Source: Octopus sinensis
Taxonomy: Eukaryota
Assembly: GCF_006345805.1 (NCBI RefSeq)
Contig: NC_043004.1
Location: forward strand, 56,606,001 to 56,670,000
Length of the DNA stretch: 64,000 bases
Direction: 5' to 3'
The notes below the pieces were generated by a model. It was not told the origin of the DNA, did not search any database, and saw nothing but the letters and a program-made list of their open reading frames with translations. Below are positions 1-13,231 of the stretch, one piece after another; position 1 is the stretch's first letter; each line of letters starts with the position of its first letter. The position numbers and the translations under genes were made by a program.

Positions 1-361
1 TCCGTCAGTGTAAAGTGTGGTAGCTTTCAATGTGGGTTATTTTTAAACATTAATGTCTTTTTTCGAAATATCCTTTGTGAAATACTCGTAACTTCTTCAA
101 TCCTTACACTTAAATCTTCCTCCTTGCTTCCTTTAATACATTTCTCTGAATATCTATACATTCAAAAATGTTTCTCAATGTGAAAAATGTTAGTTATGTC
201 CTACAAGAAATTCATCTTTCTCATAAATTAAGAATTTCAGCATAGATACATATATGCATATATATACACCCATTATAGCGTCAATTTATATATATATATA
301 TATATATATACATCACACACACACACATACACATACACACACATATATATATGTAAATGTA

Positions 362-455
362 TCTTCTCAAGCCATGCCAAGCTCATGAGGGCCGGTTTCC
401 CGGTTTCAGTGGCGTAGAAATTACCCACCTGGACAAGATTCAGGTCCGTCGTAGT
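362..455 (-). mobile_element. 3' fragment of the SINE family seen at 5975-6300
   Basis: gctcatgagggccggtttcccggtttc...cccacctggac...gtccgtcgtag aligns by eye with gctcataagggccggttactggtttcc...cccacctggac...gtccgtcgcag at 6011-6108. Confidence 0.55.
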
Positions 456-529
456 ATGTATGTATATACAAGGTAAATTGAACTTATTATTCTTTAAGCA
501 AAATAAAAGGAAACATTTAGTTTCATATA

Positions 530-944
530 GGCGCAGGAGTGGCTGTGTGGTAAGTAGCTTGTTTACCAGCCACATGGTTCCGGGTTCAGTCCCACTGCGT
601 GGCACCATGGGCAAATGTCTTCTACTATAGCCTCGGGCCGACCAAAGCCTTGTGAGTGGATTTGGTAGGTGGAAACTGAAAGAAGCCCGTCGTATATATG
701 TATGTATATATATATATATATGCGTGTATGTGTGCTTGTGTGTCTGTGTTGTCCCCCTAGCATTGCTTGACAACCAATGCTGGTGTTTATGTCCCCGTCA
801 CTTAGCGGTTCGGCAAAAGAGACTGATAGAATAAGTACTGGGCTTACAAAAAGAATAAATCCCGGGGTCGAGTTGCTCGATCAAAGGCGGTGCTCCAGCA
901 TGGCCGCAGTCAAATGACTGAAACAAGTAACAGAGAAAAGAGAG
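530..944 (+). mobile_element. tRNA-derived SINE with conserved central domain (probably MetaSINE type) and LINE-derived tail
   Basis: A-box/B-box-like head (tgtggtaagtag; ggttcagtccc), central gccttgtgagtggatttggtag..ggaaactgaaagaagcccgtcg, internal microsatellite, tail ggcggtgctccagcatggccgcagtcaaatgactgaaac; homologues at 25838, 37683, 45038 and 13992 (-). Confidence 0.85.
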
Positions 945-3774
945 TAGTAATACGCAATAAGTTGAGGCAATATTAAATGTAGGGTTAGGTTTATTGTATA
1001 TTTCGTGACTAGAAGATATTCAAAGTTTGGCTAACGACTTACTCAAGCGTTTTACGTGTGCTGTTAGTTGTGAAACTTGCAGTCGTAGTCAACAGAAAAT
1101 ATATGTGTGTGTAGGAATATATTGTTTCATTCGCTCTGATGAACCATTTGCTGATTTTCAAGCGTATTAATCAAATTCTCTGATACATACTCTCGTAAGT
1201 GTCAGCTTCTTATTTAGTTCAGTTCTTGCTCTGGGGTTTAGTAAGATTTGTTTGACACCAGTGCTAAAGAGTCATTAGATGGCCTATATATTACGCTTTC
1301 TTACTAAAGCGTTTCTCTACCTATGGATCATAGGCTATCGACGACTTTTCACCGCTGTTCTTGGCTCAGGCTGTCCATGCTCAGGAATTTTTGGTTTCTA
1401 ATTGTCATCAATTCTCTGGTGTTTGTTTTCTTTTTCTAGTTAATGGCGTTGGCCCGGCGCAATATACATTTTAACTCTACTAAAAGTTAGTCCTCTATTT
1501 TTTTATCTTTCCTGCATGGGTGGTATTACCAGAAGTTTGAACTCTCATGGCAAAGCTCTGAGAGTTGATGTACACAAGCCGTCACCTCACTACCACGACT
1601 AGACCTTATGGTTGAATGTTTTATGCGATGAGAATAGCTTACTTTATGGATCGATTAATATACCTAGCTGCTACTGTTATGACTAACACATTTGTTGTGT
1701 ATACATCCTGAGGAGATGATAGAAACATAAAACAAGAAACAAAACGAGAAAAATCGTTAAAAAGTACTTTAAAGAGAAATGGGAATAAAGGTTATGCTCC
1801 CGTAACCAGTTAAATGAAGACTATTGTTAATGATTTCATCTAACAATATGTATGCATAGTGGGAGGTAGTTAAATGAGGAAATGCTGAGGTGTGTTGAAT
1901 TGTTTATTTAATTATGTGATGCAGTGGACATCTTCCTGTTGCATGAGAGAAACTCATGGAGATGAATGTATCTTGTAAATATTTCTCTCTTCGAAGATCT
2001 TCCATCTAACAAGGATGTGTTCTTCGTCTATCTATATGGAGCCAACGATTTTTGACGTGTTCATTTATAACCTCCATCTCACTACGTTGCTTCGCTTGAT
2101 GATGTATTGCATACTGCTGTCTTTGAAATAACAGGTATGGTTTTTTAGTATTGTTATATTATTTACGTCTATATACTTGAAAGAAAACGGATGCCTGGCT
2201 GTCTCATTTTGAACTCACTTTAGCACAGTGAAATAGACTTTTTGTTGTGGTTTATTGTGACTTAAAATTGTAGAAATTATAAATATACCTGGAGGATCCG
2301 CATTCTGCTTGAAAATAGATGTAAAAAATAAACAATAATCTCACATGTATTTCAGAAAACTTAATTCATGTCACAACATGCTGTAGCTATGGTGAGAACT
2401 ATATATATCACTTACAAAACGCATGACTATTCATCAGCAGCAAAAATACGTTCCCAACATTACGAAGGTTTGACTCAGTGCGTATTTTGATACATGTAGA
2501 AGTTCTTAGTTAACAAATTTAAACTCTTCCTAACGCATCACACTGTAGGAAATATGAAAATATCATAAAAAAGAGAATCAATAATGAAACAAATTCAAAT
2601 CAACAAAAAATATAATCAAGGTTGTTTTTATTTAAATTAAATTTAAAACTGAATTTGAATTCCATTCTTTTGTTTTAAAAATGTTAGCTTGACTCTTCTA
2701 ACTACACTTTGAAATTTTAAAAACTAAAATTTGACAAATCAAACATTTTTTAAATGAGTGAAAAAGTCCTGAATCTAATTTCTCATTCCTGACTAAAATA
2801 AAACCATTTTCTTTTCAAAAAGAATTATTCTAAAATTTCAAAAAAATAATTATTATTATTAACAATTCAAAGGACATATAAGAAATATTTTCAAAAATTC
2901 TCTCTTTTAATAGTACCAAAATGCTGTTGACATAGAGATTCACAAGATCAATTTCTCATTTGTTTTTTCACACATGAAATCATATCCAAACAACACATTT
3001 TTTTTACTTAGATACAACTCCACACATTTCATTGAGCAGTTGATTAAATTAACCTCAATCCTTGATTGTTATTTATTTTATTAATGATTTGATATAAAAT
3101 ACATCAGGTTTCAGCTAACTTTTTAGCTTAGTATTCCATTTAATATTAACAAATTAAATATATTATTATGGTTTTTGACAGTGAAGAAATATAAAGTTAT
3201 GTAAACTTGCTAATGTAGCCATTATATAATTATAATAATATTTTTGTCATGTTATCTTAAGTTTTGTAAATTGATATGAAATCTCAAATTTGTCAAAGAA
3301 AACATTGAGATTATAACATATTTGCATTTCTAAGCTCCTTTACTAATATGAATAAAATCATTGAATGTAAGACAGTATCACAGGTCGACCAAGATGTTAT
3401 AACTACCATTTGTAATATAACTTTCGTGTAAGTTCTTCATACAAATCTACAAATAACAACTCAGTTTAGCAACTCCTTTCCTCAATCATGTCATGACACA
3501 ACTCTTCTATGTGCTAAGATTTCCATCAGCACCAAAGTTTCACAAAGTACTTATTCATGTTCCATTCTTTAGAAATGTGTATTCATAACTTTGAATTATA
3601 AACAAGAACAAGGAATATTTACATAGATTTTGGGGCTAAAGATAATTTTTATTCCTTTATCACAATATTAACTAATCCAGCAACATAGTTAAAAGAACAA
3701 ATACTAATTTCTTCGTATTTCTGAGAGGAAGAATTATCATCATCATCATCATATACTGATATATTTGAACTGCT

Positions 3775-3842
3775 CTCTTCATCTTGGTTGTTATAATCAC
3801 AAAATTTCAGTCATTGTACTCTCCAGCCTTTTTCAGGTGTCT
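3775..3842 (-). mobile_element. Degenerate fragment of the hammerhead-containing repeat at 18825-19105
   Basis: ctccagcctttttcaggtgtct matches ctccagccttcatcaggtgtct (18932-18953); core decayed to CTGAAAA. Confidence 0.5.
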
Positions 3843-4002
3843 GTCATATTCAGAAATGTTCTCAGAATTTGGAATTAAACCCTTTATTAAATCTAGGGCA
3901 GGGTGGGGAGATAATTGTTCTCATTCTTTTGCCCACAGAATGGACATTCCCTGCGATTTATGATACACTAGTTTTGATACATTGAGCAAGTGTATGTGTG
4001 TA

Positions 4003-4046
<44 letters not shown>

Positions 4047-4061
<15 letters not shown>

Positions 4062-4121
4062 TCATCATCATTTAACGTCTGCTTTCCAGACGTTAAATGA
4101 TGATGATGATATATATATATA
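4047..4121. repeat. Perfect 35-bp hairpin with 5-nt loop
   Basis: (TA)n-TCATCATCATCATTTAACGTCTG / CTTTC / CAGACGTTAAATGATGATGATGA-(TA)n. Confidence 0.95.
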
Positions 4122-4800
4122 CAACGTGTTTAATTCGTCGACTAATCAAATCCATTTATATATATATTTTTCAAATATATTTTCTCATATTTTTGGGAAT
4201 ATTTTAACTACGAAGTTTTACATCCTAAATTAATTTATGTATGATAAGGTATGTAACATTACTTCTCTTATTACTTCATGAATATAGACGAAAGACTTGA
4301 GCTCCAGAAGACACACTAAATATTCTGTTATTTGCAGCACATAATTATACACGTAAATTGCAATGAATATGATAGTAATTTGTCATTTTGTACTTCGAAA
4401 TATTCAATTATGTATTTTTATAATTATGTACTTTCGAGAGTTTAATATTGCATTTTGAAATGTTTAGAATATAAAAATCTACTTTCCAATCGGTAGTCTA
4501 GAACTGATTTAATTGTTGTAATGTATTTTGGATATGATATGGTATTTTCGAATGTTTAACAATATATTTTGAAATAATTTGATTGCGATAATCTGTTTTT
4601 GAATACATATTGTGTTTGAAATGATATGATTAAAATGATGTACTCTGGAACTAATTAAGTGAAATACAAAAACAATATCGCATTTTATTATTGTATTATT
4701 TCCTACATTTCCCGGCTTGCGTTCAATATTTTGAACACACGTACATGCAGACATGCATACATACGTACACATATACATCCATCCATCCATGTCTATGTAT

Positions 4801-4860
<60 letters not shown>

Positions 4861-4863
<3 letters not shown>

Positions 4864-5063
4864 GCACGGATTTTTGTCAGTGAACAGGTCGCGGATTTTG
4901 GCGACGAAAATATTTTGACAAATTAAACTTAAATGTTGAAGTGAATCGAACGGCTTTTGTGTGTTTCTTAAATGGCTTATAAACAACTTCCACGCTGCAA
5001 TTGTTTTCGTTTCAGCACACGATCTCAGATCAAATTACTTGCTATGCGAGTACATCTCCGTAA
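4861..5063 (+). mobile_element. Short repeat, probably a PLE pseudo-LTR piece, between two (TA)n arrays; second copy at 62872-63020 (-)
   Basis: 4861-5005 aligns closely with the reverse complement of 62872-63019; both copies carry a hammerhead fold. Confidence 0.75.
4873..4922 (+). ncRNA. Minimal type-I hammerhead ribozyme with G3:C8 variant core
   Basis: stem I tttgtca/tgacaaa; core GTGAACA; stem II gtcgc/gcgac; GAAA; palindromic stem III A-ATAT-T; cleavage-site nucleotide U. Confidence 0.7.
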
Positions 5064-5075
5064 TATATATATATG

Positions 5076-5157
<82 letters not shown>

Positions 5158-5518
5158 GTGAATATGAATCTGTATGTGTGTATATAAATATATATATATG
5201 AGCGTGCATGTGTACGTTGTGTGTGTGTGTGTGTGCATTACAGATCATTAGAAATACTTCAAATACCAAATCAATGTATAATCTAATGTAATTCGATATG
5301 CAAGCAAACACATGGACAGGCATACATGAATTTGCATACATAAATATTCATGCCCATACACAAACATGCACATATCTATGTATGCAAGTTTTTAAGTATG
5401 CATGTATATATTTGTGTTCGGTGTGAGTGAGTGACGAGTGTATTTACAAGCAGTTCGACTCGATACAGATTAAAGCTAATATATTTGCCATTTGAATGAC
5501 TTTTACACTAATACTCTG

Positions 5519-5563
<45 letters not shown>

Positions 5564-5640
5564 ATATATGTGTGTGTGTGTATGTGTGTGTGTGTGTATG
5601 TGTGTGTATGTATGTGTGTGTGTGTGTGTATGTGTGTGTG

Positions 5641-5911
5641 TGTGTGGTTAGGGCAGCGGACTCGCGGTCGTAGGATCGCGGTTTCGATTCCCAGACTGGG
5701 CGTTGTGTCTGTTTATTGAGCGAAAACACCTAAAAGCTCCACGAGGCTCCGGCAGGGGGCGGTGATCCCTGCTGTACTCCTTCACCACTCTTTCCTCTGT
5801 TGTGCTGCTTGCTTACCCAGTGTGGTGGCGTCATTTGAAGGCTAAAACAATGCAAACGCATTGTGATCAGCCATGTGTAGCAACATCTGATGGTCGGGTC
5901 GGTCACGTGAT

Positions 5912-5915
<4 letters not shown>
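5641..5915 (+). mobile_element. tRNA-derived SINE (Arg-like head)
   Basis: tggttagggcagcggactcgcggtcgtaggatcgcggtttcgattccc head; 3' part homologous to 20975-21040; ends in (TA)n. Confidence 0.8.
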
Positions 5916-5974
<59 letters not shown>

Positions 5975-5983
<9 letters not shown>

Positions 5984-6297
5984 TGTTTGTTCCTTCTCGA
6001 GTCACGTCTGGCTCATAAGGGCCGGTTACTGGTTTCCTTGGCGTTCCCCACCTGGACGTTCCCCACCTGGACGTTCCCCACCTGGACGGGACGCCGGTCC
6101 GTCGCAGGTGAGCTGCTAGATGCAGGAGGAAAGAGTGAGAGAAAGTTGTGGCGAAAGAGTCAGCTCACCATTACCTTCTGCCGGAGCCGCGTGGAGCTTA
6201 GGTGTTTCGCTCATAAACACACACATCGCCCGGTCTGAGATTCGGACCCGCGATCCCTCGACCACGAGTCCGCTGTACTAACCACTAGGCCATGTGC

Positions 6298-6300
<3 letters not shown>
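5975..6300 (-). mobile_element. tRNA-derived SINE, tail-to-tail with the previous SINE, with an internal 15-bp triplication
   Basis: reverse complement starts aggcacatggcctagtggttagtacagcggactcgtggtc...gggtccgaatctc; (gttccccacctggac)x3 at 6043-6087. Confidence 0.8.
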
Positions 6301-6388
<88 letters not shown>

Positions 6389-7072
6389 CCCACACATAAC
6401 ATTAAGTAAGTTAAAAACGGATGTCGTACCTGCCAACAAGTGTAAATATAATTGATGGCATTTCCTACGGGTCCGGGATCGCGCGTGTAAATATAAAAAC
6501 ATTACTATATCAATCACACTGGTAAATCTTTCTCTACCTCAGTCTTATACTTCGAAAATAAAAGCTGCACCTTGATATCTGAATTTCTGTATAATTATTA
6601 GTTCCTTTCAATTTGTTCGAAGTGGGTCTTTGATTAATCACAGCTGTTATGGCCTCAATTAGTATATGTCCATAGTATACAATATAGTTTAATTAAACTA
6701 TCTGAATGTAAATAAAATTTATACATGAAATGATGTCTATACTTGATTGATAAGATTTGAAATACAATTCTTAATTTATCGCATACAAATATTCATTACA
6801 CTTGAGATACTTGTATTAATTTTGTACTATTGTTTATGTTGACTGACAACGAAATATCAGAGTTTAGGGTTTAATGCACATATATAGAGTTCTATTCGTC
6901 CTCTATGCAGTTATCTCACATTCAGGAATCTATATATTTATAAATTATAATCACAGCCCAAAAGAGATGCCGAGAAATTTAAAATCGCATGAAAGCGAAT
7001 CTAAATGTTTTAAATAATAATACGTTTAACTCCTACTAAATGTGTTGAGTGCCCTTTTCTCCCATTTGTCCA

Positions 7073-7128
<56 letters not shown>

Positions 7129-7719
7129 TACTGCTGAAACACACGTGGATAATATGATTTTCATATGGTTTGAAACCAGTGTGATAACTGTCAATGACGA
7201 CTCCAGATGACACATGCACAGACACATACACACAGAGGCGCACACAAACACGTGTACAAAACTCAAATATGTGTGTGTGAGTGTGTGCGGGTATGAGGGA
7301 GAGAGATTGCGCGCGTTTGTGAATACGCGTGCGCAGACATTCGCAATCGAGTGACATGGTTCTTTCTGCCAATATTTCTGATATCTTTGTAGGTGTTTAT
7401 GTAGTCGCGATTAGAGATGGGCACATTCTCCACTCTCTCTTATAATGTAGAATGATAGCCACGTGAAATGAAGTGTCTTGATCAGATGATCTATTCATCA
7501 CCCGTACAAAAACTGGACCCCTGATCTTATGATCACGAGGAGAACATATTAACTGCTACGCCACCCACATTCACACAGGCTTAGGTTAATACGTTCTATT
7601 CATCTATTTACTGAAACAGAAAATTTTCTTCTAAAACTAGTCTTTGTTTAAAAAGAGAATTTGGAAAAAGTAAATAAAATAAGCATATAATGTTACAAAT
7701 ATTGTATGGGCATTTGTAA

Positions 7720-7772
<53 letters not shown>

Positions 7773-8010
7773 TCTTCGTCCGACGAAAAAGGCATGTTTT
7801 TCCAAATGCGCCAGCTGAACTAAGTTGTACTGTCTTAGTCGTAAGACACCCGCTGTTTTTGTCCTGTTATTACTATTATTGTTTTTTGTATTTATATTCG
7901 TGTGGCATCGTCCGTTTTTCTGTCCTTGTTTCGTATACATTCGATCCTTTTTCCAAGAAATCTAATGCTCGTAGCTTAGTTTTTCCTTGGGGCTGGCCGC
8001 ATCGGAGCGA

Positions 8011-8122
8011 TCTCAAGATTAATCAGCCGAAATTGCGAGGATGAAGGCTTCGAATGTCCCGTCCGTGTTTTTTGTATCGTCTTCTAAATGTTTTACGTTC
8101 TTGTCCTAGTTTGTATTTTTCT
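8011..8122 (+). mobile_element. Unclassified interspersed repeat; inverted copy at 43425-43556
   Basis: tcaagattaatcagccgaaattgcgaggatga..aggcttcgaatgtcccgtccgtgttttt..cgtcttctaaatgtttt aligns with the reverse complement of 43425-43556, which has an extra internal stretch. Confidence 0.7.
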
Positions 8123-8127
8123 ACATA

Positions 8128-8171
8128 CATGGCCTGAGTCAATAATGGCCGAAACCTATCAAAGTATCAAA

Positions 8172-8176
<5 letters not shown>
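8128..8176 (+). mobile_element. Extreme 3' tail of a CR1-group LINE related to the 30415-31890 copy
   Basis: ggcctgagtcaataatggccgaaacctatcaaagtatcaaagt vs gacctgggtcaatgtcgccgaaacctatctaaatatctaagt at 31845-31886. Confidence 0.6.
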
Positions 8177-8216
<40 letters not shown>

Positions 8217-8241
8217 TTTCTCTATCTATCTATGTATCTAT

Positions 8242-8885
8242 CTCGTCCGAGAATATAACATTCTTCCACTGCTCTTGGGATCAATTCTGTAGGTTTTTAC
8301 TCCATTCGAAACGCTTTGTAACGTTTGTTTTTGAAAATAGTGGATTCCTGATTGCAGTTCTCCTGCGAATTCCGGCTTAGTGCAGCTCCCGACGAACAGA
8401 TTTTGTGGAAACTGGCTTATCGCGGTGGTCATTAAGCTCTGCAGTAATTTTGGTAGCTGTATTTTTTATGATCCTTTCTAACGATTTGCGTAAGAATCCT
8501 ATGTGAAGGTTTTGGTTTTCTTCCGGAGTTTTGTTTCAACGAGGAGGTTTTCCCTCCTTCTCAAAAGCTGTCATTACTTTCGAGGCAGTACTTCTTGATA
8601 CACCAAACGTTTCGGCTGTTTGCGTTAAACTAGCGCCTACCATACGAGCACCAACAGTTTGACCGTTTTCAAAGTCCGATAGATCTGTCATTTGAATGAA
8701 ATTTAATTACCTTTTTCAGATGATATCTGAAAAGAAATAGCAATTTTAGCAAAACAAATTAAGCAACACTAATAATAAATAAAAGAACCCATAAAAATAA
8801 ACAAACTTTTAACGTTTGTATAAATATTTCAAAATTATGATGCAATGCTGCTAGGTGTTTCTATTATTTTGTCCAAAACACTGTA
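8242..8885 (-). mobile_element. Tc1-like transposon, 5' half (left TIR and N-terminal transposase, disrupted)
   Basis: ATG at 8691; MTDLSDFENGQTVGARMVGASLTQTAETFGVSRSTASKVM...W.NVIFSDE after frame correction; TA-CAGTGTTTTGGACAAAATAATAGAAACACC terminus at 8854-8885. Confidence 0.85.
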
Positions 8886-9152
8886 AGTATAGATAAGTAT
8901 ATTTAGCGTATTGTATTGATACTATTCTGCTGCGAAGTATCACATACAATATTTATATCAAAGAATGTATTAGCAGTAGCATCCATTTCAAAATAACTAA
9001 TATATCAATTTTGTATCATTGTAGAAATGTATATTAATGAACCGAAAATGGCGATCACATGTAACAGCAACAATTTTTTTCTGATATTACCCTGAAGGCA
9101 AATCAGTTTTTGAAGATACTGGACATATTTTCTTTAAGGAGGGAGTTATATA

Positions 9153-9221
<69 letters not shown>

Positions 9222-9998
9222 CACACACACACACACACACATACACATACACACACACACATACATACATACATATACACATATATATATATCGTTCTTT
9301 TTCAGATGTTTAGCTTATCTGTAAAATTTTGGTTTCCTTTTATTTCATCCATAGTCATTTGTAACTGAAGATATCACAGAGACATTCTTCGGGCGCAAAG
9401 AGAAAAAAAATCCCCACCAATTGGCAATCGATGGTGAAATATCTTTGTCAACATTACATTCGTGTTACGATTACTTAAATCTTTGCCAAAACAGTAAATT
9501 TCTTTCCTCAAAGTTTAAAATTAGTTTTCGAGAAAGATAAACAAAAAGATTAAGTTATTGGACAGGTTAATTGACTTAGTACGTACTTCAGTGGCATACG
9601 AACGTTTCTAGGCTAGAAAGCGGTTATGGAGTTCGGAAATTGTATATTTATATTACATTTTAAATATATATATTTAAATATGGTTGGATGCATTTATATA
9701 TTTATATGTCCATGAATTTAGCTTTTGTAAGCGAATACACACAACCAAACACGCAGACGAACGCCGCCCATATATATATATGAAGAAGGGTTTTTTTCTT
9801 TGTGTTAATTGTCCTGTACTCTATTTTTTTGTTGTTTAAAAAATGTCCAGTTCCTTTGGTTTGTGTCTATGTTTTCGTTTCTCATTGTGTTCAACGTATT
9901 TTTGGTGTCCTGTACTCATATATGCGTGTATATGTACATGTAGAGGTAGGTACGTACATATATGTTTATATATATGCATATGCTTATTTTATTTATTA

Positions 9999-10056
<58 letters not shown>

Positions 10057-10076
10057 GTTTAAATATTTGTTGTGCA

Positions 10077-10180
<104 letters not shown>

Positions 10181-10389
10181 ATATATATATAATAGATTTA
10201 ACGTCAGAAGTAAAAAGAAAAAGTGAAGGAGGAGACAAAAAAGAAATTAACAGAAAATTAAGAGTGGAAAAATATAATGTGAGAGATGAATGGGAGTAAA
10301 GTTTAAAAGCGGGGAAGTAGATATATGTTGTCGAAATGAAATGTACGAAAACACTTAAAGGTCGATATATATAAGTTGATATAAAGTTT

Positions 10390-11410
10390 TCAAAGAAACT
10401 ATAGGTGTGTCTTTTCCAATGCGTGCAACGGTACATGCATTTTTAAAACTTGTTTAAAGAGTATTTTTCGAGAAAAGGATGAAAAATTGTTCTTCAATAC
10501 AGAGTGGATAAAATAAATTATCTTTGTCATATGGAAAAGATCTAGATAGAATTTTCCATTCCCAAAAATATTGTTCATGTTCATTTAGAGACCAAATTAA
10601 TTAGTAAGCCCAGTAGTGTTGCGTTTATTGATATGCCTAAATGTTGAATAGTGGTTAGATAATCTTTTTTACAACTGAGTCAAAGAACTGCCTGTATAAA
10701 AAGGCATTAGAACCAGAAGTAACTTTACATTGGTAAACAGAGTTTCTAGTCTTACAATAACTGCTAAAGAAACGAATTCGATTCAAGTTTCTATCAGAAA
10801 CATTGATATTATTCTTATTATTTTTTAAGGAATGGTTAGCGTTGATAATATCACAGTTATTATTTTCATTAAGAGGATTTACATTTAATAACTTATGATT
10901 ATGTGAAGAAATGATTTGTGAAAAGATTTTGTTGTTTGAAAATCCTATCTTAACTCAGTGTCTGGAATTTTTTGGAAAATTCTTGTCTATACCTTCACAG
11001 AGCTGATAGGGGAGGTTGGGTTTGATCTGTGTACCAAATGGAATGACCATCCCAATTGTTTTACTAGAATCAACTCTGTTATTTCGGTAATTATCTTTAA
11101 AAGTCTTAGATTCTTTTATTACGCAAAAATGGAAATAAAAAATGGTTATCTCCCTTACCCTGCAAAATTACATTTTTCGATTTATTGTTATTATTAGAAC
11201 TAAAACTTATATTGTTATTATCGTTAAAATGTGTTTTCTTATCACAGAATCAATGTCAATAGGGTTAAGGTACTTAATCTTTTTTATAGCCTGCTTGAAG
11301 GCATAGTTATAAAATTCCGCTTTATCATTAAAGATACTAACATTATCAGATAGTGTTGAAAGTCTATTTGAAATATTTTAAACAAAATATCTGCGGAAGA
11401 TTACTAAAAA
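10390..11410 (-). mobile_element. Decayed PLE (RT thumb plus GIY-YIG), same type as the 34-36 kb element
   Basis: hand translation across frameshifts gives SIFNDKAEFYNYAF, DKNFPKN, IISSHNHKLLN, NSVYQCKV, KRLSNHYSTFRH, IWSLNEHEQYFWEWKILSRSFPY, PLCIEEQFFI. Confidence 0.7.
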
Positions 11411-11639
11411 AGCTAATATTTTAAACTAATCTTCGGATGATTACTAAAAAAGCTAAAATATTTCAAATTAGTTGGGGGTTTATGGTATGGGAAAAATGAA
11501 TCATTATATAAGTTAAGGATCACCAACCCCCTTCTACACGCACAGACATGCTCTCTTTTACACACGCAGACACACCTTCGTTTTGGGATCACCACTATTT
11601 TATTATCTCCCCCTCGCCTTGATAGATCGCTAGCCAATA

Positions 11640-11790
11640 CACATTCTGTATTTCCTCTCCTTGTTTCATTCTGTGTTCCATTCTGTATAAGAGCGTAGGC
11701 TCGAAACGTTAAAGACTGGCTCCACGAGCGTTAAACTAATATATCTGTTTGTTGTCTACACCATCTGTCTTCGTCTTTTGTTTTTTTTGT
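11640..11790 (+). mobile_element. Pseudo-LTR-like fragment with degenerate hammerhead (11683-11715); related 3' half at 12576-12596
   Basis: CTGTATA a gagc gtag gctc GAAA cg TT aaag; same gctcGAAAcgT motif as at 12586 and at 25497-25531. Confidence 0.5.
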
Positions 11791-11861
11791 GAATTCTTCC
11801 CTTATAAATACATACATATGCATATATGTATATATGGATATACATACGGATTTATACAAAC

Positions 11862-11892
<31 letters not shown>

Positions 11893-13075
11893 ATATATTA
11901 TATATATATATATATATTGTATCATACGGAGGAGAAAGTAATATTTTGAAGGTAGTATAGCCGCAAAAATAGCAGAAATATTGAGTAATCTGCACTTATA
12001 TGACAGAAAAACGTTGTCAATACCTTCCAGGCACCGACAGAACAACAATCTCTGTCAAACTAACGCTATGGATTATTTCGAAATGCAAGAACATATGTAA
12101 ACAAACTTTTTGGTCTTCGGACTCGGCGAATGTGTATCGTATCATGCCAAAAGTTTCTGCTACTTTCACGGCCATACTGCGTTCGAAATATTACTTTCTC
12201 GTATAACAATACACATTTGACGCGTTCAAATACAAACAAAATGCTTGTTTACATAAGTTGTTGCATTTCAAAAGAAGCTATGTGTATAGCGTTAATTTGA
12301 GGGAAATTGTTGTCAGTGGTCATTTTAAGTTAATTGGTTGAGTATTCAGCCGGTATGTGTCTGTTGGGGGCGCGGGCTCGAGTCTTGTGGCTGTCTACCG
12401 ACAATTTTTTCCGTCATATAAGAGTAAAATATCTAATACTTCTGTTGTTTTCACGTTTATACTGTATTCCAGCTATTACATTCTCGTGTGTATAATTCGA
12501 TACACATTCCATGCGTCCCAAAACAAAAGAACACATATATATATATAGATAGATACACAAATAAATATATATGTGTATTTGCTCGAAACGTCAAACACCA
12601 CCTTTTTTCACTGAGCGCCAAAATAATACATTCTTTGTGCAACCTTGTTTTTTAATGTTCGTTTATTTGAATTGGCTATATATATATATATACTAGATGA
12701 AATAACCGGCGTTACCTGAGTTGCCTGAGGCATAGTAATATAGCAAGGTTCTTTATCTAACTTATAGTACATCTCTTAAAAAAAGCACTTAGTGAAATTT
12801 CGGACTAAGAACACTTTATAGAACTTTGTATTTTCCTTCTTTTAAAAATATTTTTTTTGTTTGATATCCAAATTCCAAACATATGCAACTTCAATTCTGT
12901 AAATATTTGTACAAAAATTCATATCTTTGAACACCATTTGGGTTCCTGTGCACGAGACCCTAAAGTTAAATGCTAACGCTCAGCGGAGCGAGAAAGTGCG
13001 TGATATGAAAGATGTGTGTGTAGAGATAGAGATAGATAAATAGATAGATAGTTAGAGATAGAGAAAGTGAAAGAA

Positions 13076-13109
<34 letters not shown>

Positions 13110-13231
13110 AAAGGGGATGAGAAGAAAGAATGTGTTTGGTTAAATCACAAGTAAAGTTGTTGTAGGATTAAGTTACTTCCATTTGTGCGCGTAATGTTAA
13201 TGCGCCTCCATGTTAATAGAGTAAACCTATC

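Noticed and set aside
530-620. tRNA-like heads as tRNA genes
   Set aside because: They continue into SINE bodies and do not give a complete cloverleaf.
1975-2140. Exon-like stretch ending AG|gtatgg
   Set aside because: All + frames contain stops; no recognisable protein.
3300-3990. Possible P-element/THAP-like or old PLE coding remnant
   Set aside because: Only short suggestive peptides with many stops; part is explained by the hammerhead-repeat fragment.
12693-12760. ACTAG-starting Helitron-like ends here and at 43066
   Set aside because: No matching 3' hairpin/CTRR end or second copy in the window.
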